From assembly GCA_964016885.1 (NCBI GenBank), contig OZ024742.1, positions 64,790,001-64,854,000 of the forward strand: 64,000 bases of DNA, given 5' to 3'. Source of the stretch: Eledone cirrhosa. Its lineage: Eukaryota. The notes below the pieces were generated by a model. It saw only the letters and a list, made by a program, of their open reading frames with translations, ran no database searches and was not told the origin of the DNA. Below, in pieces: positions 39,703 through 53,803 of this stretch. Position 1 is the stretch's first letter, and each line of letters starts with the position of its first letter. A program made the translations under genes and the position numbers.

Positions 39703-42261
39703 TCATCATCATCAACGTTTAACGTCCGTGTTCCACGCTTGCATGGGTTTGGATGGGGGGTTTTCCCACTTGAGGCAAGAGTGATTGTCTTGCTCGCATA
39801 GGACTGTCTGGCAGGTTTTCTACAGTTGGATGCCCTTCCTAACACCAACCACATTTACAGTGTGGGACTGGGAGGTTTTTACCGTGTTGCCTACACGGCC
39901 ACATTACAGCGTGGACTGTGTGTTTTTTGTCGTGACACCTACACGATCTCATTTGTTTCGGCCTGGATGGCGCGGCGCCAACATAACTTTACATAGGAGG
40001 GGTGGTGTGGATGGGGGTGGTGGGACGGGGGTGTATTTTGTTTGAGATGCCTACTGGCTGTAGTAGGTTTTACTATGTATTTAGGTAAGGCGGGTCTTCT
40101 CTGTTACTGAGTACCTCCAAAGGTCTCGGTCCAGTGACATTGTCTTGGAGAGGTGTAAGTGTGTGAGGTCGGAGTTTATCAGCTCGTCCCAGGATTTTCT
40201 AGGTCTGCCTATTTCGTGGCTCCCGTCTATCTTTATTGCCCTGCACTTTGTTATACAGCTATCGACTTTCATGCGCATCACGTGTCCATACCAACGTAGC
40301 CTTCTCTCGAATAAACAACATCTGAGCCCTCTTATTTTTAATTTTTTCCTTAGTTCGTTTATGCTTTGCCGTTCACGTATATTACTATTACACATCCAGC
40401 GGAGCATGCAAGCTTCGTTCCTCTCTAGTCTGCGTATATCCTCTGCGCACAATACCCAGGTCTCGCTGCCATGCAACATTGCTGTTCGTATGCAGGCATC
40501 ATACAACCTGCCTTTCATTTTTAGGGAGAACCCTTTAGCGGCTAATAGTGGTATAAGCTCTCTGAACTTTTTCCATCCAGTTCTGACTCTAGCTACTGTA
40601 CTTTCGGAGCACCCTCCCCCACTGCTGATTTTGTCACCCAGGTAACGGAAGCTGTCCACTATTTCTATAGAGCCCTCTGCGCAATTGAAAGAGTTAGTAT
40701 TTTGTGGGCACTCGCTGCTACTTATTGCACCAGAGCACCGCCCACATGTAAAATCTAAGTTCTTAGTTAGCTTACCTGTGATCCCACTACATCTTTTATG
40801 CACCCATACTTTGTATTTGGGACATAAAATGGAGTTTCTACCTACGCCTTTCCTACACACTGAGCATGGCCATTTCCCGGAAGTGACCGCCGCCTTATTT
40901 TCTTTCCTACAAACTAGAACTTTAGTCTTAGCCAGGTTAATTTTAAGGCCTTTTGATTCTAGGCCGTGCTTCCATGTTTGGAATTTCTTCTCTAGCTTGG
41001 CCATTGATTCAGCTATGAGTGTCAGGTCGTCTGCGTATAGGAGTTCCCATGGGCAGCCGGTCTTGAACTCCTCTGTTATAGCCTGAAGGGCAATAATAAA
41101 TAGTAGGGGGCTGAGAACAGAGCCCTGATGGACGCCAACTTTTACGCTAAACTCTTCACTATATTCGTTGTTAATTCTAACCTTGCTGACTGTTTCTTTA
41201 TACATGGCTTGTATAGCTCTCACAAGCCATTCGTTGACACCTAGTTTTCTAAGGGCCCACCAGATAATGGAACGGGGGACTCTGTCGAAGGCTTTCTCCA
41301 AGTCGACAAAAGCTAAGTAGAGGGGTTTACCTTTAGCTAGGTACTTCTCCTGTAGTTGACGTACAATGAAAAGAGCGTCTGTGGTACTTTTGCCTGACAC
41401 AAACCCGAACTGCATTTCATCTAGGTCAATTCTCTCTCTGATTAGTTGCGCTATTACTTTTTCCGTGATCTTCATGACCTGGTCGATTAGTTTAATGCCT
41501 CTATAGTTACTCCTATCTAGGGCATCTCCTTTACCCTTATAACAGTTAATGATGATGCTGCTATGCCAGTCCTTCGGAACAACCCTATTCTGTATGACTT
41601 GGTTAACTATCCGGGTGACGAAGGTGTGTCCCACCGAGCCAGATGCCTTCAGCATCTCAGCAACTATTTCCGAAGGCCCAGCCGCCTTACCCGTCTTCAT
41701 ATCCTTGATTGCCTTACTTATTATACTACCCTCGACTAACACTGCTGGTCCCTCTATTGGGTCGATGTGGGGGAGACTGTCTTTCTCCCATTTATTCTCC
41801 TCATTTAGTAGCCTTTCATAGTGGCACTTCCAAGCTACCTTCTTATCAGCGTCGGTGATGGCAAGTACGCCGTCATCATTAAGTACACACTTCTCCCCGA
41901 CAATATCACGGTTTTCCTTAACACATTGCCTAGCAATCCTGAACACCTCACGTTTTTGGTCCTCGCGTTGTAGAACATGCTTGAACTTTCTTTCCTCTGC
42001 TTCCCTTCTTGCGAAGTACACTTGTCTCCTAGCCTCCCTCCTGGCCACTTGATAGTCTTCTCTACTTCCCCCATCCCGCCATACTTTCCAAGCCTGCTTT
42101 TTGGCCTTAATTGACCCCTCCACCCTACTGTTCCACCACCATGTTACTCTCCTCCTGCCTACAGGCCTGCTCCAGCCACAGACTTCGTCTGTCGCCATCA
42201 GCAGGTTTGCTTTCAGAAATTCCCACTGTCCCTCTATATTGTCCGACTCTAAATGCTCTTC

Positions 42262-42264
<3 letters not shown>
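39699..42264 (-). mobile_element. RTE LINE (same family as 14435), 5'-truncated, inserted in a (CT)n(TA)n compound microsatellite
   Basis: Open RT frame at 40081-42264; the 3' UTR is nearly identical to 14435-14826. Confidence 0.95.
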
Positions 42265-42303
<39 letters not shown>

Positions 42304-42800
42304 TCTAAAATATATATATATATGTAGGGATATATATCTAGGGAGCTCATAGATAGGACAACACACGCTTTTTCGTGGGGGTAAGTTTTTACTAATTTTC
42401 GTATTCTGAAAGACCAAAATACAACAAAAATTTTTGCTCATTGGACGCCGGGAAACGTTCTGATAAAAGCTGTGGAAGCTACAGAAATATTCCATATATT
42501 CTTCCTGAGCAATCTCTATTTAAAAAATTTAACATTTTACGCTTACTTGTCCGCCATTGCAAAAGGCCATAAATTCAAATTTTGAAAAGAGAGGAAAAGG
42601 GACAAATGAACTATGAACTTGTACATCTCACTGCCTCCCACCACCACAATAACGTCTACACTCGCTCCCCACCACCACCAGATAAGTCACTACTCTATCT
42701 ACACTAAGACCTGTTGACTGTTGATAAACTGCTAACTCCTTTGTTGTATGTATGTGTATATATACATATATGTATGTGTGTGTATATATATGTATGTATA

Positions 42801-43100
42801 GTATTAAGGATACCATTTCTGGTTATGTATATACTAGAACTTTTTATAGTTATATATATTTTAAACCCTAAACAGTGAAAGACAGTAATTTATTACTACC
42901 TTATTACCAGTAAGATAAATAGCTCAATGTAATAACATCAGTTGTTCTACAGAGCAGTTATATAGAATTCACATGAATCAAAGTTCTGTTCAAACCATTT
43001 ATTAACTTACAATTGTTTCTTCCAAACCGAGGTTTGGATGAAACAATTGTAAGCTAATAAATGGTTTGAACAGAACTTTGATTCATGTGAATTCTATATA
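42801..43100 (-). mobile_element. PLE family E fold-back; palindrome 42959-43100 centred on hammerhead stem II
   Basis: Homologous to 4383-4612; centre TCCAAACC-GA-GGTTTGGA, with GAAACAATTGTAAG on each strand. Confidence 0.9.
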
Positions 43101-43139
43101 TGTATGTATATATATATCTCAGTGGATTCGACCAGATTT

Positions 43140-43885
43140 CAACACAACAACAACTACAACAACAACAGCAACTACAACAACAGCGACAGAACAACAACAA
43201 CAGCAACAACACCATTGTCTGTGTTGAATGTGTGTGTATGTATGTATATATATATATATGTGTATGTATATATGTATGTATGTGTATATATCACACACGC
43301 GAAGCGAACAAAATTCAAAATTTCAACCCAGCGACTACAACAACAGCAACAGCCCCATTGTCTGCAGCAGCAGCAGCAGCAGCAGCATCAGTGAAATGAA
43401 CAACAACGGCAGCAGCAACAACAACAACAACAACTGCCACCACCATCACTGACACCATCCACCACCACCATCCACCACCACCACCATCACCACCATCACT
43501 GACACCATCCACCACTTTCACCACCACCACTACTACCACCACCACCACCATCACTGGCACCATCCACCACCACCACCACCACCACCATCACCACCATCAC
43601 TGTCACCATCCACCACCACCACCATCACCATCACTGACACCATCCACCACCTTCACCTCCACCACTACCACCACTACCACCATCACTGACACCATCCACC
43701 ACCATCACCATCACTGACATCATCCACCACCACCATCACTGGCACCATCCACCACCACCACCACCACCACTGACACCATCCACCACCATCACCACCACCA
43801 TTCACCACCAGCACCACCATCACTGACACCATCCACCACCGCCATCACCATCACTGACACTATCCACCACCACCACCATCACCAG
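43140..43885. repeat. (CAA/CAG)n and (CAC)n-based simple repeats and minisatellite
   Basis: Recurrent ATCACTGACACCATCC within CAC runs. Confidence 0.9.
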
Positions 43886-43899
43886 TGTAAAGCAAACAA

Positions 43900-44074
43900 A
43901 GAGGGTTGGATGCCATGCTTTCTAGCATAGTTACGTCCCTTTACAGTCTGAGTTCAAATCCCACCGAGGTTAACTTTGCCTTTCATTCTTACGGGGGTCG
44001 ATAAAATAAAGTACCAGTAATATACTGGGTATTTGCTGGCCTTGTGCCTAAAGTAGAAACAATTATTATTATTA
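43900..44074 (+). mobile_element. SINE family 1
   Basis: B-box, body and (ATT)n tail. Confidence 0.85.
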
Positions 44075-44167
44075 TATAAAAACTGAACTGGACTGGAAAA
44101 GTCAACAGTTGGCATGATTTTGATTTTGTATCTACTGACGGTAATATATATATATATATATATATAT

Positions 44168-44740
44168 ATGACCAAGTATCTAGATTAAAAAATACTAATT
44201 AAAATAATACGGTTTGCCTGTCTCGATTTAAAATAATAAATCAATAAAAACAAACCTATATTGGCAATAGCCATGATACCCGGATGAATTTTAAATTTTA
44301 AATTTGGCTGCTATTTTTAGCGGCACGAGTATGGGACGAGCTAGGCACTGTGACACACATGTGTTCAACAACACATTTCTCTCAGTCTTCTTAAGTATTT
44401 TGAAGTGAAACTTACCAATTTCTGGATACCTGCAGAAGAGCACAGGAATAGGAACTTTCACTTAATTGTTGCGAAACAAATTTAAAATTTGTCCAGGTAT
44501 CACGGCTATTGCCAATATAGGTTTGTTTTTATTGATTTATTATTTTAAATCGAGACAGGCAAACCGTATTATTTTAATTAGTATTTTTCAATCTAGCTAA
44601 CTTGGTCATTTGCAATGCAAACACTTGTATACTTGTATCAATGTTTCTCCCTATCATATATTCATTTGTATTACACGGCTCGGAAATATTCCTTTCTTTG
44701 AGCTATTTAATTGTAAAAGACTATTTGAGTTTATAACTCT
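44168..44740 (+). mobile_element. PLE-type fragment, family F; inverted arm 44168-44298
   Basis: The arm is the reverse of 44478-44609; TA at both ends; hammerhead in the direct part. Confidence 0.8.
44425..44501 (+). ncRNA. Type I hammerhead variant, CAGAAGA core, GUC site
   Basis: GATACCTG-CAGAAGA-GCA...TGC-GAAA-CAAATT TAA AATTTG-TC-CAGGTATC; perfect 8-bp stem I and 6-bp stem III. Confidence 0.8.
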
Positions 44741-44879
44741 ATATATAATATATATATATGTATGTATGTGTGTGTGAGTGGTGTGTGTGTTTGTATGCAT
44801 GAGTGTTGGTGTGTGAGTGTGTGTGTGCGTGTCGTGTCAATAAGTGGGGTTTTTTGGGGTTTTTTTATGATCATGCTGT

Positions 44880-47800
44880 AAAATGGAGAGGTAGAGAGGG
44901 CCCTTGAGTCTAGTAAGACATTCTCTCTAGTGCTGGTGGCACAAATAAAAGCACCCAGTCCATGCTGTAAAGTGGCACTGGTGTTAGGAAGGGCATCCAA
45001 CCAGTGTATCAATGCCAAAACGCTTATCAGCACAGCAACAAATAGAGAAGAACAACAAAATATGAAGACATCGCATCTCAGAGTTGCAACACCTAATGTT
45101 GGCACTCTCAGAGGTAGATCTGCTGAAATAGCGGAGTTGCTGGAGAGAAGGCATGTGGATATGTGCTGCGTGCAAGAGGTGAGATGGAGAGGTGCCTCTG
45201 CGAGACTAGTCGTAGGCAAACATCTTAGCTATAAGCTTTTTTGGGTAGGTAAGGATGATGGGTTAGGGGAAGTAGGCATTTTCCTGGCTGAGAGATGGAT
45301 CAATAAGACAATAGAGGTAGTTCGAGTTAGTAATCGAATAATTAAGCTTAGATTAGTTGTAGGCAGGAGACTACTGGCAATCATCTCTGCCTATGCTCCC
45401 CAAGCAGGCCTAGGCAAAGAAGAGAAAGACTGCTTTTACGAGCAACTTTTAAAAACAACCGCAATGACAAAGGACGGAGACATCGTTATGCTAGCAGGGG
45501 ACTTCAATGGTCATGTTGGACAGCTCCAGGATGGTTACACTGGGGTACATGGTGGGCACGGTTACGGCTCAAGAAATGAAGGAGTGAGACTTCTTGAATT
45601 TTGTGATGCAAGTACACTGACTATTTGCAACTAACTTCCAGAAACCTGCCAACCACCTAATAACCTACAAATCTGGCGAGCACATAAGCCAGATTGACTT
45701 CTTACTAGTTAGGCAGGGAGACAGGCAGATAGTGTCTAATACCAAGGCATACCCTGGGGAAGAATGTACCCCACAGCATAGGTTAGTCATTAGTGATATA
45801 TCAGTAAGCAAGAGATGGAATGAGACATACAGGTGTGGAGAAGAAAGGTCTGGAAGCTAAAAGACCTTTCACTAAAATACAAATTTAGGAAAGTCCTTCA
45901 AGTTGTGTATGACGAAAAAGAAGACGATTTAGAGACGTATGAGCTCCAACCAGACAGAGAGTGACCTGGTGGTGGAACAGCACAATAGATAAGGCCATTA
46001 GAGACAAAAGACTAGCATGGAAGGCTTGGAAAAAGGGTAGGAGTAGGGAAGGATATACAGCCGCTAAGAGAGAAGCTAGACGTCAGCTGTACTTAGCACG
46101 CAGGGAGTCTGAGAATGGGAGGTTTGCCAATCTTCTGCGACAGGAAGATCAGAGGCGTGCGGTATTCCACATTGCAAGGCAGTGTGTCAATGCAAATCAG
46201 GATGTTGTTGGAGATAAATGTGTCCGGAATGATGCCGGTGTACTTTGTGTCACGAATGATCAGGAAAAGGATGCCTGGAAATGTCATTATGAGAGACTGA
46301 TGAATGTGGAGAATGACTGGGAGAGAGAGAAATTACCCTCAGTAGATTCGACAGAGGGACCAGCTATTGAGATTGACGAATATAGGGTCCAAGAGACGAT
46401 TAAGGAAATGAAAAATGGTAAGGCTGCTGGACCATTGGGCATAGTTGCTGAGATGCTGAAGGCATCAGGGGACGTAGGCACTAAACTGGTTGCACGCATC
46501 ATCAATCAGACTATGTATGGTGGTGTCATACCCAAAGACTGGTGCAGCAGTATTCTCATAAATTGCTACAAAGGTAAAGGGGATGCTCTGGAGAGGAGCA
46601 ATTATAGGGGTATAAAACTGATGGATCAGGTTATGAAAGTGGCAGAAAGGATATTAGCACAACTAATTAGAGAAAGGGTCAAACTAGATGAGATGCAGTT
46701 TGGTTTTGTGCCTGGGAAGAGTACAACAGATGCCCTCTTCTTGGTGAGACAATTACAAGAGAGGTTCTTAGAGAAAAATAAGCCACTATACTTAGCCTTT
46801 GTTGACCTAGAGAAGGCCTTTGATAGGGTACCCCGATCTGTCATCTGGTGGTCCCTAAGGAAACTAGGTGTTGAGGAATGGCTTGTGAGGACAGTGCAAA
46901 CTTTGTACAGAGGATCTATCAGTAAAGTCAGGGTAGGAATGGAGTTTAGTGAGGAATTCCAGATACAAGTAGGAGTACATCAAGGTTCGGTCCTCAGCCC
47001 GCTCTTGTTCATTGTAGTCCTCCAAGCCATAACAGAGGAGTTTAAGACTGGCTGTCCATGGGAACTACTCTATGCTGACGATCTGGTTCTTATAGCAGAA
47101 TCAGTAGAGGAACTAGAGAATAAATTCTGGCTATGGAAACAGCAGTTGGAAGCAAGAGGACTGAGAGTGAACCTAGCTAAGACAAAAGTGTTGATGAGTA
47201 GAAAAGAGGACAAAACTCTGATTCTGTCAGGGAAATGGCCATGTTCGATATGCAGAAAAGGAACTGGCATAAATTCTATAAAATGCACACAATGCAGATC
47301 CTGGGTACACAAGAGATGTAGCGGGATAGCAGGCAAACTAACAGGTAGGGAGAAATACGTATGCAGTAGATGTACAGGGAAATTAGACAGTAGAAGTCGC
47401 ATTGATAGACACATTTTTCAAATGCAGGCGGGTGCTATAGAAGTGGTGGATAGCTTCCGGTACCTAGGAGATCAGATTAGCATGGGAGGGGGTGTTTCCG
47501 AGGCCATAGTATCTAGAATAAGGACGGGTTGGAAGAAGTTTAGGGAGCTGCTTCCTCTGCTGACGAAGAAGGGCTACTCCCTGCGTACGAAAGGCCGGTT
47601 ATATGATGCCTGTGTGAGGAGTGCGATGCTGAATGGTAGTGAGACATGAGCAGCAACTGCAGAGGATATGCGACGGCTGGAGAGATATGAGGCAAGCATG
47701 CTCCGTTGGATGTGCAGTGTCAATGTGCGTGAATGACCCAGCATAAATGTGTTTTTTTGAGAGAGAGAAACTGTCTGAGAGGGATAGAATGTAGTGTACG

Positions 47801-48074
47801 AGAGAGGAGACTGAGGTGGTATGGACATGTGATGCGCATGGAGGATGACCGATGGGTGAAGAAGTGCCAGGAAATGCCAGTTGAAGGAAGACGTGGTAGA
47901 GATAGACCACGAAAAACATGGGCGGAGGTGGTGAGAACAGATCTCAGATCGCTGAAGCTCACGGTGGAGATGACGAAGGACCATGACAAGTGGAGAGATG
48001 CTATGCTGAATAAGACCCGTCCCACCCTTGCAAGCAGGGAAGAGCAGACGTAAAATGATGATGATGATGATGAT
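44880..48074 (+). mobile_element. Near full-length RTE LINE, second family (APE plus RT, decayed)
   Basis: APE at 45062-45800 (NVGTL, CVQEVRW, SAYAPQ, GDFNGHVG); RT at 45961-47649 (LYADD, PHD finger); tail CCCACCCTTGCAAGCAGGGAAGAGCAGACGTAAAA(TGA)n. Confidence 0.95.
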
Positions 48075-48087
48075 GTGTATATATATA

Positions 48088-48518
48088 TGGTGGCTGCCAA
48101 CTCGTTTTCGAGTAAGGCCGCCACTACTTTATATCTATGTAGGAGAACCCCTACCGATGCGCTGAACAAGTGTGACTTTTTAGTCCAGCCAGTGACTTGA
48201 AAACTCTGGTACAAACACTACACTTGTGGCAATTATTGACACATAGTGCTGGGCCCATGGTACCATGTGATGACAAGTGCCTAGAGATCTCCAGATATAA
48301 AGCAATGCCTGTGCCGTGAAGCTTTTATAGTGAACAAAGGCACTGCACAAAGCCAGTCCATTGACTCTTAAGAGCTCCTTTGCCCTTTGACAGGTTTTGT
48401 TTTTAGTCCTGCAGGATGTCCAAAGTCACCCTCCTCACCAAGAAACGTTGGTGGGGTTGCCAGTTTAGTCACCAACGACCCGACCATGAGACAGGTTGTA
48501 CTGGGATACATGTTACCA

Positions 48519-48520
<2 letters not shown>
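48088..48520. repeat. Unclassified TA-flanked repeat (diverged copy)
   Basis: Shares TTCGAGTAA, GTGACTTTTTAGTCC and GTCCAAA.TCACCCTCCTCACCAAG...TTGGTGGGGTTGC with 34488-35000. Confidence 0.7.
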
Positions 48521-48559
<39 letters not shown>

Positions 48560-48764
48560 GATATATATATATTTTTTAGAAGTTCTGATCTGGAGATGGA
48601 AGGGTCCTGTCACATTTTAAATGCCCATGTTATGCCATGTATCAGGATGGTACTCCTATGATAGCATTTTCATTTCAGGCTACTTTCAAAAACAATCTGT
48701 TACATTTGAAAATACTTGCACTACTTTTTATGAAATGGCTGTGGAAGCCCTGGCCCTACATATG

Positions 48765-48966
48765 TTACTGTACAATAGGGTATAGCAACCATGCTCCTGG
48801 CTACATTACTGCACAATAGGGTACAGTAGCTCTGCTTCTAGCTACATTACTGCACAATAGAGTACAGTAGATCTGCATCTAGCTACAATACTGTACAATA
48901 TGATCTAGCATCTCTGCTCATGGCTACACTATTGCACAATATGATCTAGCAGCCATGTCCCTGGCT
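48765..48966. repeat. Minisatellite, unit about 41 bp, about 5 copies
   Basis: GCTACATTACTGCACAATAG.GTACAGTAG.TCTGC repeated. Confidence 0.8.
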
Positions 48967-49117
48967 ATATATATATATGTATTTTCTGAGTTACAACAAT
49001 TATAATAAAAATATTTAAATGGTCCCAATTTACCTGTTACACCCTAGATGTATGTACATATATATGTATATATATATGTATATATATATGTTATGTATAT
49101 ATATATATGTGTATATG

Positions 49118-49168
<51 letters not shown>

Positions 49169-49202
49169 CATTACCACAGAAGAGGTCCAATGCACTTTTA
49201 AA

Positions 49203-52200
49203 AATAATAATAATAATAATGAAATTATTGTGTACAGTGCTCAGGGGCACTACAACTCGTCAAAAGTGTATGTATAGTACATAGAATAATATACAAATGT
49301 CAGGGAAACGAATAGTGTATGAGTCATGATATACATGTGTGCGTGTGTATGGAGGGGGAATATTAGGTGTAGTGTTGGCGAATCTGAGGAAGCATGGAGG
49401 TTTTAAAGGATGCAGTGTTTCGACAGCTAACAACTGATGCCAGGAGTTTGTTCCATGCTTCAGCAACTCTGAGCATGATAAAATGTTTCCGAAAGTCATG
49501 GGAGCTGTGCTGTTTTCTGACTTTGTAGGCATGCCCACGTGTGTTAGACACATGGAAATCAAAAAGGTACTCAGGGTTGTTGTTGGCAAGATGGTTAGTA
49601 ATTTTGTGGGTGTTTACCAAGTCAGTTGCTAGACGTTGGAGCTTCAGTGTATCCATGCCCAGGGAAACAAGGCGTTCAGAGTATGGTAGATGCCTGATGG
49701 AGGGTATTCTCTTTGTTGCACGTCTCTGAACAGTTTCCAGGCAGTCAATGTTCTGAGCAAGATAGGGGTTCCAGACTGGGGATGCAAATTCTAAGTGTGG
49801 CCGCACCATAGCAATGTACAGCCTTAAATAGATAGCTGGAGAGCGGCTAACAAAGGTCTTGCTGAGTGATGCTAAAACACCCTTGGCCTTCTTGACAATT
49901 TTAGAGACGTGCTCCATCCAACGCAAATCGCTGCTGACCATAATGCCCAGGTCACGTTCACAAGAAGACTTCTTGATATTAGTATTGTGGAGGGAGTATG
50001 TGGACGCTGGGTTTTTACTCCCAAAATGCATGGTGGTACACTTGTCCATAGTCAGCTTGAGTTGCCAGTCTGTGATCCATTGTTGCATTGTGTCCAGGTC
50101 AGATTGCAGGAAAGATCTATAGTGTTCAGGATCGGTCCTTTTTATCTCAAGGTACAGATTGATGTAATCTGCATATTTCAGTACTGTGGCATTCTTTAAG
50201 TTGGCATCTATGTCATTAATATACGCCACAAACAAAAGGGGACCAAGAACAGATCCCTGTGGTACACCGGATGACATCTCATATGGTGAGGAATGTTGTC
50301 CTAGAACCGTGACTACTTCTCTTCGACTGAGAATGAAGGACTTCAACCAGTTAAAAAGATCATCCTTCACACCCATTGCAGAGATTTTTGCATAAGTCTT
50401 TTGTGTGGCATAGAATTGAAAGCTTTAACAAAGTCGAGGGCCGGATAAGACTGTAAGAGTTCCAGAAATTCCAAAGTGTTTCTCTGACACAGGATTCCAT
50501 TAGTTTGGCAATGCAGCTAGTAAGACTGACTGGACGATAGTTCACAGGTGATGTGCGGTCACCCTTTTTGAACAGAGGAATGACACTGGCAGTTTTCCAC
50601 TGTTCTGGAGTAGCACCGTTGTTCAGACAGAATTGGAAGAAGTGTGATAGCTGGTGCAGAAGGAAGTACCCACCATGTTTGAGAAGCAGGTACGTAACAC
50701 CATCAAGACCAGGAGAGGCATGGTTGCGTTTATTTTTAAGGTGATGTCGCAGCATTGCAGGTGTAAATTCCATAGTTGTGATAGAATCTGATGTCAGAGG
50801 TGATGGAGACTGTACACTCTGGTCTTCAATAGTGAAAATGCCTGCATAGCATTCAGCAATGAGCTCTGTGCATTCCTTGGGGTCGTCAGTAACCTGGCTT
50901 GTGTGGGGATTGTGAAGAGGACCAATTGGAGAGTGAGGCCTCTGCTTTGAGTGAACATACTTCCAGAACACATTACTGTCAGGGCTGGTTGCTATGCGCT
51001 GCTCAAATTGAAGCATTGCCTTTTTTGTCACCTGTTTGAGATGGTTGGATGATTTATTTCGCTTCTTCCTATTGATATCTGATTTATGCAGTTTCTACTC
51101 ACGTTCAGCATTGCAACGTTCTTTTCTGGCAAGACGGACTGCTGCAGTCTCCCAAATTGCACTTTTGGGATATTTTTTTTGCTTACGTGGCACCGATGCT
51201 GCACATACTGTCCATATTGAACTCAGGATGTTCTGGAGTACAGTGTTGACATCTCCAGAGTTGTAAAACTCAAGCCAGTTTGGACGTTGCAACTCGGTGC
51301 AGTAACAGTTCCAGTCTGCTTTATTCCAGTCAAAGTGAGCAGTTTGGAGATGGTTGTGGTTTTTGTTACCATGAGGGATAGATTGGCAATGATCATAGCA
51401 TGATCAGAGTCACCTAAAGGTTCCTCAGTAGTAACACTAATAACCGTTTCAGGAGTAGTGGTGAAGAGTAGATCCAAAGTGTTGTCACCTCTTGTTGGGA
51501 AGGTGCCTACTTGGGACCAGTTCAAGTCCAGCACTAGCTCAAGGAAGTCATTTGCACTTGGTGGCCAACGAAATGTTTCCCAGTCAATCTCGGGGTGATT
51601 GAAGTCCCCTGCAATAAAAACATAAGTGGCCGTTTTCCTGGCAGCAACTCTGAGGATATCACAAAGTTGAGTGTTCTGATGGTAATTTGGGGGAGGGTAA
51701 ACAACTCCAAGTAGCAGTGTTGACATGGTCATACGTATATCGCAGAAATATATTTCTTGCTGCGATTGGTTCAAATCAACACAAGGAATGCTGAAAAATT
51801 TGACCGAACGTAGACCATTACACCACCACCACCATGATTAATGTGGTCTTTACGAAACAAGTTGTAACCAGTTATGCTGAAAACCCCATTACAGAGTAAG
51901 GAATGTGCCCATGTTTCCGTGACTGTAATGAAGTCAGGGTTGACAATTTGTACCTTGATTCCAGTCTATGATTATGTGCAGGGTATGGCAGGTTCTGATT
52001 TAGTTTCCCAGAGTTTTTTCAGTCTTTTTATTGTCAGTTGTTGTGGGTACAGAGTTTTCAGACCAGCTGGTATCTCTTTTCCATTTTTTCACCAGCCTTA
52101 ATAAACTTCCATATCTGCCCATCATCATGTAGGCTGAAACTTTCATGTTCTGCCGAGCTGCGTTTTAAGGAAGCTGCAGCACGCAGCTTTGGGCAGACAT

Positions 52201-52540
52201 CAGGTGGAACCAGGGCATTTTCGGAAGGCAATCCGACTTTCACACCAAAAGATATGAATATGCCTCAGTTGAGTTAAAAAAAGACAGTCTAATTAGCCTG
52301 GGTTTCGGACCTGGTCGGCCAAGGCATAGGGCACCCTTCGGGAGAGCACAGCCCAAGTCTTTGGATTTTGATTCCAGAGTTGGGCTGGATCGATACAGAT
52401 CGAACTTTGAGCTGATCAATAGTGAAACGCACATCACTAATCAATAAACATATTGAAGACATAATAAATCATCATCCTTTTATTATTATAATTACACTCT
52501 GTTTAGTTTTACACCACTTTGCAGACTGGAAACTATGCAT
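49203..52540 (-). mobile_element. CR1-like LINE (APE plus RT, decayed), (ATT)n tail
   Basis: GDFNHPEIDW, PTRGDNTLDL, SDH; NYRPVSLTS; SGVPQGSVLGP, YADY; RPHLEFASPVWNP...VQRRATK; TRGH.YK. Confidence 0.92.
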
Positions 52541-52612
52541 TGAGTGCTCACTTGGGTGCTTGGGTGAACCTACAGTAACTGCACGTTACATCCATAGATA
52601 TATATATGTATA

Positions 52613-52684
<72 letters not shown>

Positions 52685-52736
52685 TATTTCATTTCATTCA
52701 TTTCATTTCATTTTACGTCCTGCTTGCAAGGGTGGG

Positions 52737-52800
<64 letters not shown>

Positions 52801-53422
52801 GGTGATGATGATATATATATATATATATGTATATACATATACATCACAGCTGCCATGTCAGGTGTCATCACAATCAGCTCACTTTAGCTAAACAGAAACC
52901 ACATGCCAATGCATAAATAGATTTACTTAAGTTGCACATGCACACTCACACACACACAAACTTACACATACACATATACAGACACGTGTACACATGCATG
53001 CATGTGTATCTACACATATAAACACACACACACACATGTATGCACCCACAACCATGTGTGTACATATACATATATGCACAGATTTATAGTGTCCTTGACC
53101 TTATAGTTCAAAATAAGAAAACCTAAATATCACGTCGGATTCTTAGGATTCATTGTGCTTGTTTATCAAAATAAATATAGTGAGAAGACCGTTGATATGA
53201 AATGGTCAGCTGTCCAGTGGTGTACACATGCATTTAAAATGTTATCTCATAGTATAATTCATCTTCTATAGTAGGTCAATTTTGTAGTTATTTTTATTTA
53301 GAATTGACTAAATATCTAAAAATATTTCATATTACCACACTCTACTACCCCATGAATCGAGTACTCTGGTGAGTAATGGTCTAACAGGTTTTTTCTGCAT
53401 CCATTTTGATTTATATATATAT

Positions 53423-53803
53423 GGAGGCACATGGCTTAGTGGTTAGAGCATTGGCCTTGCAATCGAAAGGTTGTCAGTTCAATTCTCGGACCAGGTGATG
53501 TATTGTTTCCTTGAGCAAGACACTTTATTTCACATTGCTCTAGTTTACTCAGCTGTAGAAATGAGATGATAGGACTGGGGTCTCTATCATTCCACTGCAA
53601 AGTGGTTGTGGAGGTGCCATGGCAAAAAAGCACCCAGCCCACACTGTAAAGTGGACGTGTAGGCGCCACGGAAAAAAAGGACCCAGCACTCACTGTAAAT
53701 GAGGTTGGTGTTAGGAAGGGCATCCGGCTGTAGAAATCAAGCCAGAATCAGTTCCTGTCCCACCCTTGCAAGCAGAGAAAAGCGGACGTAAAATGATGAT
53801 GAT
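53423..53803 (+). mobile_element. Full-length SINE family 2 (tRNA head, conserved core, RTE-derived body and tail)
   Basis: GGAGGCACATGGCTTAGTGGTTAGAGC...GTTCAATTC; CCTTGAGCAAGACAC; two roughly 45-nt units; GGAAGGGCATCC; tail matches 48018-48065. Confidence 0.92.

Noticed and set aside
42265-42495. N-terminal extension making the RTE ORF 804 aa
   Set aside because: Read-through across a TA tract into unrelated flank; the element is 5'-truncated at about 42264 and lacks the APE domain.
43100-43563. PolyQ, polyA and polyH ORFs resembling a transcription factor
   Set aside because: Simple trinucleotide repeats interrupted by TA/TG tracts; no domain or splice context.
53423-53500. tRNA gene candidates at SINE heads
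   Set aside because: A and B boxes run into SINE cores and tails, and copies are diverged.
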